DNA of 63,552 nucleotides, counting the filler, from Perkinsus chesapeaki ATCC PRA-425 (Eukaryota; Protista; Perkinsozoa), in assembly GCA_013115145.1 (NCBI GenBank). It is 3 parts of 3 records of this genome, joined end to end, with 100 filler letters (N's around TTAATTAATTAA, not from the genome) between each part and the next. Parts side by side here need not be neighbours in the genome. Positions count along the whole stretch, not along the records: positions 30,268 to 56,183 come from JAAPAO010000516.1; 2 more parts are not named here. One strand, written 5' to 3'. Made by a program: the position numbers and the translations under genes. The notes under the pieces were generated by a model. The model saw nothing but the letters and a program-made list of their open reading frames with translations. It was not told the origin of the DNA and searched no databases. Below, in pieces: positions 38,064 to 46,639 of the stretch (positions are counted from its first letter, which is position 1; the number at the start of each line of letters is the position of its first letter).

Positions 38064-41000
38064 TCACTTGGCACTCATGTCCATCGTCGACCTGTTGGTC
38101 ATATCTCCGGTACTCTTAACCACACCACTCGTCACAACGGCAACCAGCGTGATCTTCCCTTTGCGGACAAAATACCTGAAAAATACCCTCGCCGAGGTTC
38201 GAACCTGCGCCTGCTTCTCCTTACATCCCGTCAGCTGGTTCTCCCTGATAGAACATGACGTCTCCAGGCGCACAGAAAACGTGACTGCAAGCCATGCAGA
38301 TCCGAGCTAGCAGCTCCTCTCTAATGCACGTGAAAAATTTATACCTACCAAGCAGAGGAACTCTAAATAAAACAACCTGTCCTAGAAATACGAGATTGAC
38401 GATTGGCCTAACTTCGATGATACGAGGCGACATCAGCGGGGATCGAACCCACGACCTTTCGCTTACCGTCTCAGTAACTTCCCCATCAATGTAAGCTGCA
38501 TTTCATTCTTCAGCGACTCTGATAACTGAAAGCCATGCCTTCTATTATCTTATACCTTCTTCACTTTTACCATCGTCATCAGCTCTGCCTTCGCTTTACT
38601 CTCAAACTGATTGTCGAGCAAGTTCTCAATATAGCGCCGAACGCGCAACTGAAAAATCATCATCAACTTCGAAGTGTCAATACTTTATCGATCGAAGATA
38701 TGAAGTATAACTCCAGCGGTTGTGCGAGGCGACGGAAGCGACCGCCGATGATCTCCACTAGAGCACGTATTTTGCTTTTTTCCGAAAGAGGACAGAAAAG
38801 AGGAATAGACAACACACTCCGTCGCCACCGAGATGCCAGAGATTCCCTGAGCGCATCGAGCTTTAGAATGCGATGAAAATAGTGTACTTTCACCATCAAC
38901 TATGCCTCCTACAGGGACATGCGCATGCGTGCAAAATTGCACAATCGTCTGTCTACCTGTAAATGCGGCCCAACATTATTGGCTCGCATAAATTTCATCG
39001 CTCTCTTCATCCTCTGTCTAAACTCAGTTTTATACTCGCCAAATGATACCACAAGATTCGTCACCGATCCTGATAATAATTTCCTGGCGCGTGACTTTTC
39101 CGCATCTACCCTACCGACAACCACGGCAAAAATGACCCCAGCAGCAAGCATCAACAACATAGTGAAGTTCCTTTCGCTGTTATTTTCCGCCGCAACCGGA
39201 CCATACATCGTCGACACCACCGAGACCGCATAAAATAAAGAGCGGACGTACCTGGGTGAAATGGGCAAAAAGTTAAAAAACGGAAATTTCTGAAAAAAGC
39301 CAGGAAAATTTGGTAGAAACAAAGAGGATAAGTCCGGGACTTAAGTCCCGGATGAAGGGGACTTAAAGTCCCCTTTATCATGAAGGGTTTATGCAATGTC
39401 CGTTGAGGTTCCCACGGGTTCACGGTTCATTTCTGCAAATCGTCTCGCTACCGCCTCGATTTTGGAGCCGAGGAGGCAGCATCCACCGTCATAGAGAGTT
39501 CGGAATATCGTCCCTACTGTTGAATTTTTTGTGGAAAAGCAAGGGAATGAAAAGAGTGGAGAATTCTTAATGTTACTCTGGAGAAGAGATACTCTTAACA
39601 AACTGTGAGGATTCGAAAACAGTTTTAACTGATGAAGGCCAACATGCTTAACAAGGACTAACAATGCATCCATAAAAAATACCCAACTTAAGAAGATCTC
39701 CTGCGAATACCGACGAACCTCAACCGGGTTTTCGGGTTTTCGGGTTTCGGGTCTTACTTGTCATAAAGTGCTCCTTCAATATCTAAACTATTTTCTCTAA
39801 CCCAATTATCCTCTGAATCAATCTGTGCCTCACCAATGGCCCACCAGCAGCATGCTATCCAGTGGCTGAAGCACATTAACCCGAGGAACATCTTGAACAT
39901 GGTGAACGCCACAAGCCAAACATCAGACTCGATATGCTCCTCCATTTTAGTAAGGAGAGGTCGAAGTCGAACCAGACGGAGCAATCTCGCCAGTCCTGAA
40001 GAGAACGCTTGCCTGCGATTGACTTTTCGGCGGTTTCGTTTAAATGTAGGAATTTTTCCCCTTATTACATTTTTTATACAGCTCAAGACATACAAATTTT
40101 CCGAAGAAAAATAGAGGAAGAAATTTCTAGGATTGCGGAGCGAGCGATACGTAGTATCTTCTCACTTTGTGCATGCGTACAAATGATCCAGCAGTTAGAC
40201 GATGATGATCTACAAGTTGTACACCACTTTGGGGACACTGGAAGTGATACGAAAAGCGGGTTCTGATTGTATCTTGAAACTTAGCGAGCAAAAAAGCTAT
40301 TTTGTGCAGAAAAATGACAGGCCCGGGGATCGAACTTGCGACCATCTAACAGATTCAGTGATGATTCCGTTCCTTCGCCAAAAAAGGCCAAGTAGGAATT
40401 TTCCACCCTAAAAACATATTTGTTTTCCACTGAAAAATGAAGCGCATGACGCATAAGTGCTTAAGAGAGCATGAATTCAGTCGTGTCTCCTCCTCCTCCT
40501 CCCATTCTTACTCATTATCCTCGAGATGCCTACGATGGCGGATGCTCCCATATGACTGTGGGCGTCATCTACAGCAAACACGCACATTTTTACACAAATT
40601 TACAGAAATTTTCCCGGAATTTTTTCTCTCTAATTCGCATAAAAATACCGCAACGGTGATTAACCGTTTTTTCCCCGCAATTTTTCCCATCTTCCCGAAA
40701 TTTCCCAAATTTTCCTTTTTTTCCGAAAATTTTCTGCGGATTTCCTCTCCCAATATTACGTCCCGCCAAGAGCCAGCTGAATGGCGTTGATGCCATCAAG
40801 TCGATTAGGAACCAAGTGCTGGTGTAGTTCGCAATAATCGCCCGATGCTCTAAATTAAGCTCCTAAAGAAGCGTTGAGGAAATGCAAGATTTGCCAAGAT
40901 ATTACACCCCTGGACCAGAAACCCGTGAAGAAGTTGAGGACAAGATCTGTCATAAAAAAGATATCGACGCATCGATCGACATCCAGCAGCAAATTCTTAG

Positions 41001-43449
41001 GTTCGGCGTCAAAGGTTAGAAGATACGGCACCTGGACAAGAATGACACACTTTACGCTTATACTGCTGCGATCACTTCGGAAAGACTTATACCAGTCCTG
41101 ATAACCTTACAGTAGGGATTCCCTACTATAAAGCTATCGGGACTGATGAATGATCCCTACTAGGGACTATGACTTGACTGGTGAAGGATGACGAGAGCTG
41201 GGGATAATTCAACATATTTAATATAATTTATGAAGATCAATATTAATATATATATTTTATAGAATACCAGACTTGCTCGGTGGAGGGACGGAGTACAGAG
41301 GACCGCAAATTCTGTTGGACGGGCGCAAGTTCGATCCTCAGGTCTGTAATTTCTCTGCGTAAAATCGTTTTCAGTACTCCAGAGTAAGAGCTATGATAGC
41401 TCAGCTATCAAGTGGTGCACGGCAGGCGACTGTAACCTAATCTCTAGATCATCGAGCTGCTGGGTAATTTGAACGCATGCACAAAGTGTTAGAAATGCGA
41501 CAATACACGCTCTGCTCTGTCCGCAATTCGGAGTACGAACGTTTCTCAGCACGAACACAAAGAGGGAAGGACTCTCCCGAAATACTACCAGAAATGATTG
41601 ATAGGCGATGAACAGGAGGCCGATGAAGTCCCAAAATAATCGGAATTTACGATCCGGATAAACAACCCATCTCGCTGAAGAACCTGGAACAAAATACCTC
41701 CACCAGGAATCGAACCTCCGCCTGAGCTCACTTCTATCGTCGGAGAGATTCCCGTTAATGCTGGCCATTCCGGGCTTCGTCTGATGAGCGAATTTCGATA
41801 AGGATTTGGTCGACAGCCGCTCGCCCTGATGATAAAACCCATGAAAAAACTTTTTGGAAAATTTCCATCATATTTCCAGCTTAGTGAAATCTCCTCTGAC
41901 ACGAGAGTGTGGGATAGGAGGAACACAGCGGGTGATGGAGTCGATCCGGTTTGGTCGGAAACCGAGGGACAAACTATCAAACTCTAGTCTGTTATGACCG
42001 AACTCTCGGGACTAGTAGTCATAACAGACTCAATAAAATAATCAACCTATGCCAGCGGTACATTTCTGCTCCGCGTGAAACATGGTTGTTGGCAACAGCT
42101 TCGTGCTCGTCATATCGATCGGCGTCGCTGAGATATTGCACGCATGCGACCGACAGGTTGTGTCGAAACATTGCGCGTGCGTGACGGGGCATCGGGTGTT
42201 TCACTCTCTTGATCTTTCGTCGATTTCACCACCGCAACGCTCCGCTATGCTTTCAAGAAAAAATTCCAGAATTTCCGAAATTTTCCGCATTTCCCCACCA
42301 CTACAGATGGTCGAGATTTCCGCTGCAGTGAGGAGGATCTCTGAGACGTCCCGAAGTTGGAGCCTGAACTGGGGGTATCCAAATCGATCAACCGTTTCAT
42401 AACTTACCGCGGTCTGTCATGGCGGCGTTATAACTGGCAACAAGCAAATTCAGGGCACCTTTAGGTGACGAGTCGTCCGTGGTTTCAGCGTGCAAAACAA
42501 CCTTCACTGGCTCAACTGCGAAACAATCTCACAGTATCTTAGCTTCAACCGTGCATGAACTACCAGTAACTCCTTTTTGATTATCATCAACCTTTCCCGA
42601 ATCTTCCCCGACAACTGCGATGTCTTCAGTAAGATCGTTACCTGCCATTTAACAGTCGAAAGGTCGCCGGTTCGATCCCCGCGTCCGGCAATTTTACTCC
42701 AGAACGCCTTATGTGAAGACTCATTGGAGATCTGAGACACCCCGCTTCTCGACCTCCTCACTCTCTTCTTAATTTCTCCAGTCTAACAGCAATTTCCTGG
42801 CGCGTGACGGAACTACCAAAACTACATTGCTGACACTGCCCGGTAAGTCCAGAAGACTGCCCCTCGACGATCTTCGATTTTCATCCTCAGTTTTTCCAGG
42901 TGACATCGATCTGCTCAGAACTGGCAATTCCTCCGCAGCTCGGTCCCTCAAATCTTGAAGCCCCGGGGACGAAGCAGCATCCTTTGCTCGACTGTGCAGT
43001 CGTTTTCTTCCGGGTGCGATTCTGCGAGTATCCAAAACCGTCGGACATGGCAAATCTTCCGCTGGCTCAGCTTCCGTGCACGCTGGAACTTCAACCTCCA
43101 CATCCTTGGCTTCCCCGGGTGATAGCCCCGCGATGATCTCTCTAACCTGTTCCACAATCGATCTGTGATGCTCCGCCAAATCCTGCGCGAGCGCCTTAGC
43201 CAACCCAATTTGCATCTTTTGAATTTCAAGCAGCATATCCTGAGGAGACATCTCCACCGTCCCACCAAGACCGTTTCCGGCAAAAATCTTCGAAGGTCCA
43301 AAGATATCTTGCTCCGAACCACCCGGAATCTGTCGATTTTTCCGCGGGCTCGACCCGACCCCACCGGCGGAAGGCACAGCTAGAGACTGCACCCGTCTAA
43401 AAGATGCCTTCTTCTGCGGGCGAGGCGAGACATCTGCCACGATGACCAT
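38064..43449 (-). CDS. Cyclic-nucleotide-gated / EAG-type cation channel (6TM + cNMP-binding domain), multi-exon
   Basis: S1: WVVYPDRKFRLFWDFIGLLFIAYQ. S4: LARLLRLVRLRPLL. S5: FSHWIACCWWAIG. Pore: YVRSLFYAVSVVSTMYGPVAAENNSER. cNMP: PGDVMFYQGEPADG|MYFVRKGKI. Ends approximate. Confidence 0.88.
38179..38212 (-). other. tRNA 3'-end-like module, sense in intron 38176-38224
   Basis: AGGCGCAGGTTCGAAC CTCGGCGAGGGTA TTTTT CAG. Splicing restores the cNMP motif GEPADG|MYFVRKG. Confidence 0.85.
38428..38462 (-). other. tRNA 3'-end-like module, sense, at the 5' end of intron 38345-38466
   Basis: GCGAAAGGTCGTGGGTTCGATC CCCGCTGATGTCG. No oligo-T. Confidence 0.75.
40310..40345 (-). other. tRNA 3'-end-like module, sense
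   Basis: ATGGTCGCAAGTTCGATC CCCGGGCCTGTCA TTTTT. Shares CCTGTCATTTTT with the 35728 copy. Confidence 0.7.
41691..41723 (-). other. tRNA 3'-end-like module, sense in intron 41684-41731
   Basis: AGGCGGAGGTTCGATT CCTGGTGGAGGTA TTTT GTTCCAG. Splicing leads in frame into SARWVVYPD. Confidence 0.8.
42649..42695 (+). other. tRNA 3'-half-like module, antisense in intron 42642-42697
   Basis: TTAACAGTCGAAAGGTCGCCGGTTCGATC CCCGCGTCCGGCA ATTTT. Confidence 0.8.
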
Positions 43450-43596
43450 ACCGACAAAGCTGATAAGACAAAGTACGAAAAACGATTTTCCGATTGACAA
43501 TTCCGTTCAAATACTTCCAGTGATGCCTTCATCCTCATTATCGAACTCGAGATTAGTGAACTCGTCATGGAAACGAATCAACCTATTTCGTATCTT

Positions 43597-44742
43597 TCAA
43601 ATCCTGCTTCTAGCTTTTGGTAATACAACCACACCAGCTTTCACTGCTTCCTTCGTCACATCATCATTAATAAGATCATTTAAAATCTTCGCAGTGCGTA
43701 AAGATATCTTTCCAACATGATCATAATTGATGTCATCCATATGAGGCGACGGTCTCGGTATAACCTCAGCCTCATTAAACAGTTCCCTCCCGAACTTGAA
43801 TTTATTATTTCTAGCATCCTCGATCGTCAACACTGGCGACACACAAGACTCTTTAAGGTCGAAGATATTAATCCATTCCTTCAGTGTTTTCTTTTTTATA
43901 ATTTTTTTTGTCCTATCAATCAACATTGGCCACAATTTTGAATCAGCGTGTCCCTTTATAAAATCTGTATCACCTTCCACTTCCATACCTTCCAAAAATT
44001 TATTATAAAATTTTCGTTCCATCGCCCCAACTGCCAGAAAGCGCCCATCGAGCGTTTCGTAAGTGTTATAAAAATGACTTTGAAATCGCAGAACTCCACC
44101 ATCTTTATTGTTTAGTATTTGATTGTCATTTGATAGCATCATTTGATAAATGAAAGACGATATATAAGCCACGCCATGAGCCATACTGCAGTCCACCACT
44201 TCACCCTTGTTAGTTTTCTCCCTCCTTCGAAGAGCCATGAGAATGCCCAAGGCACACAAAAGGCCGCCAGCAGCGAAATCTCCCAGAATGTTGATCGGCG
44301 GAAGTCTGTTCGGTAGAGTATCCAGGATGCCACTGTAGGATAAGAAATTAATGTCATGACCGGCATAATTTTCGATTTGATTATTTTCATCAGATTTCGG
44401 TTGTTGGCCGTATCCTGTTATTCTGGCAAAGATAAGTTTCGGATTGACTTCGTTCAATATTCTATCTGGTCCCAAACCGATCGCTTCAAGCACACCGGGG
44501 CGGTAGGAGTCGATTAGTACGTCAGATGACTTGATAATATTAATTAATACTTTTTTACCAACATCATCTTTAATATCTAAATTAATATTTATTTTATTGC
44601 CTCTGTCCAAGACATTATAATTATCATTGAGTTTATTAATATGAATAACAGTGCTACCAAAGTCGCTGAGTAACATACCGCAAAAGGGTGTCGGTGCCAA
44701 ACCACCTAGTTCGATAACAGTGATGTCTGCTAATGGTAACAT
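43597..44742 (-). CDS. AMACR: Alpha-methylacyl-CoA racemase / CaiB-BaiF CoA-transferase family III protein, intronless, 381 aa
   Basis: LADITVIELGGLAPTPFCGMLLSDFG, SDVLIDSYRPGVLEAIGLGP, LIFARITGYGQ, YAGHDINFLSYSG, PPINILGDFAAGG, YNTYETLDGRFLAVGAME. C-terminal SRI resembles a PTS1. Confidence 0.92.
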   Translation of the reverse strand: MLPLADITVIELGGLAPTPFCGMLLSDFGSTVIHINKLNDNYNVLDRGNKININLDIKDDVGKKVLINIIKSSDVLIDSYRPGVLEAIGLGPDRILNEVNPKLIFARITGYGQQPKSDENNQIENYAGHDINFLSYSGILDTLPNRLPPINILGDFAAGGLLCALGILMALRRREKTNKGEVVDCSMAHGVAYISSFIYQMMLSNDNQILNNKDGGVLRFQSHFYNTYETLDGRFLAVGAMERKFYNKFLEGMEVEGDTDFIKGHADSKLWPMLIDRTKKIIKKKTLKEWINIFDLKESCVSPVLTIEDARNNKFKFGRELFNEAEVIPRPSPHMDDINYDHVGKISLRTAKILNDLINDDVTKEAVKAGVVVLPKARSRI

Positions 44743-46231
44743 ACACGAGTCCCGACGGCCTAGGAGGAGAAGGCAAGGGAGGGAGTCAACTTTTCGAATA
44801 GATGCGTTTTTGACAAATGGCGGCGCCAATAGCGCGCGCCCAGTCATCCGTTCTGACCTTACGCAGTGAGGGTGCATGTCGAGGTGAATAGCACGTGCAA
44901 AACCTTTACACATTAATACGCACTTGAATGAGAATAGAGGTACGACTGGAAAGAGTCTAATAGTTACAGCGATAAGTGTGAATTGCTACCACCGTCTGAT
45001 GATACAACCTACTAAGATACTGCCTTACTTGTTCTCAGTCTAATTGAGCTTCAAAGATACTTTACCCAAAGTCATAGGCACAATAGCACAACTACATAAG
45101 CCATAGGCGGCACTCTATAGAGGGGTTACTAATCACTGGCGATTCACTCGAAACAACAGCACCTTCTGGTGACAGAGGAGTTGGTCGCTCACTGAACGAC
45201 TCTCTGTGCAACTGTGTCGTCGTTGAGTCGACTCTAAGGTGGAGAGTCGAGATGCATTGCAAGTAATAGTCAGCTTGAAAGGTCCAGCATCTTGGGTATT
45301 TTAATATCACTTCACCAATGAAAGCGAAGAATAGATAAAAGAGAACAACAGTGCCGAGTTGCCCGCTGCCCGTATTATTGACCAAACGGTTATGATAGTA
45401 GCTGTTATCCCTAAGGATGTCGTCATCGTCCGCTCAAGCTCATGCAAGAGCATTGGTGAGGCAAGCAAGAGCAGCAGTGGAGTCTGGTGGTGGAGGAGGA
45501 GCAACGAACAACGCTCCTACCAGTATAAGAGGAGTATCTTTGTGTAATAAGGGCATCTTGAGGTTGAGATGGTAAGATACGAAAGAGGTTAACATGAGAT
45601 GTAGTGTAGAGATATCTCGGACGTCGGAGACTGGACTGGAGTGCTTGTCGTTGGAAGTTCAGAACTGTACCGCAATGTGAAAAAATATATAGGTGCATCT
45701 TGAGGTTGAGCTAGCAAGATGCAAGCTAGGTGGGACTCTGTGATATGCATGAGTATTCGAGAGCAGTCTTTCGTATATATCGAACTCTTCATGTCACACT
45801 CAAAATTCTCGCGAACTCGGCCTCAGCGTATCTTGAGGTTGACCAAATAAGATTCATATCAGGTCAGCTTTCTTACCATTCAAGGTACCCAAATTCCTGG
45901 TGTCTCTGATGCCGTTATATGTGTGCTTTGTAAGAAGCGAGTGAAGACTGGTAAGATGTGGTTCATCCATTCTCGGACACCACAACACCAGCACCTCCTA
46001 CAAAGACTCGAATTGGTAATTGTGTAAGTCACGCTCGACCTCAAGATACGCCTCCATCAGGCGCTAGTGTCTAGGGAAAGTCAACCAGCTGCCGCTGCCG
46101 AACACGCTGAGCCATCGAGCCAGGAAAATAAGGACGAGGCGGAAAAAACCGAGGATAAACCGTCAGCAGCAGCTGCTGATGGTGGTGGAGTAATATTACA
46201 GTGCATTCTCATAGGCACTTGAAAATTGCAC

Positions 46232-46399
46232 ACACGCGAAGCTGGGTTAGGGCAGCTACCGGTGCGTGTCACGACACGCGAAGCTGGGTCAGGGCAGCTA
46301 CCGGTGCGTGTCACGACACGCGAAGCTGGGTTAGGGCAGCTACCGGTGCGTGTCACGACACGCGAAGCTGGGTTAGGGCAGCTACCGGTGCGTGTCACG
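46232..46399. repeat. 42-bp tandem repeat, four copies
   Basis: Unit ACACGCGAAGCTGGGTTAGGGCAGCTACCGGTGCGTGTCACG, with one T>C variant in copy 2. Confidence 0.95.
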
Positions 46400-46639
46400 A
46401 TTCCGTCAGAACATCTCCTTGACAGTTCTAGTAGTGTTACGAACAGCAATAGAGATGACACTCAATAACTGATCTTATGCTTGTGATTGCTGGTACAGTA
46501 AGTATCCCCAGTGTCTCGTTTTTGGAGACAGTTGTAACAGTGTTAAATTTCTTTGGTATATCAACCATAATGATACTCACTTAGAAATCTCAGATAAGTG
46601 GACAGATCCGCCGCACTACACTGATAGTCATTTTAGCTT

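Noticed and set aside
39724-39752. CGGGTTT(T) repeats as an internal telomere
   Set aside because: Only about four imperfect units within an intron. Simple microsatellite.
41321-41352. Weaker tRNA-like matches at 41321(+), 5442-5465(-) and 8973-9003(-)
   Set aside because: Altered or frameshifted T-loop cores. Left out of the count of 18.
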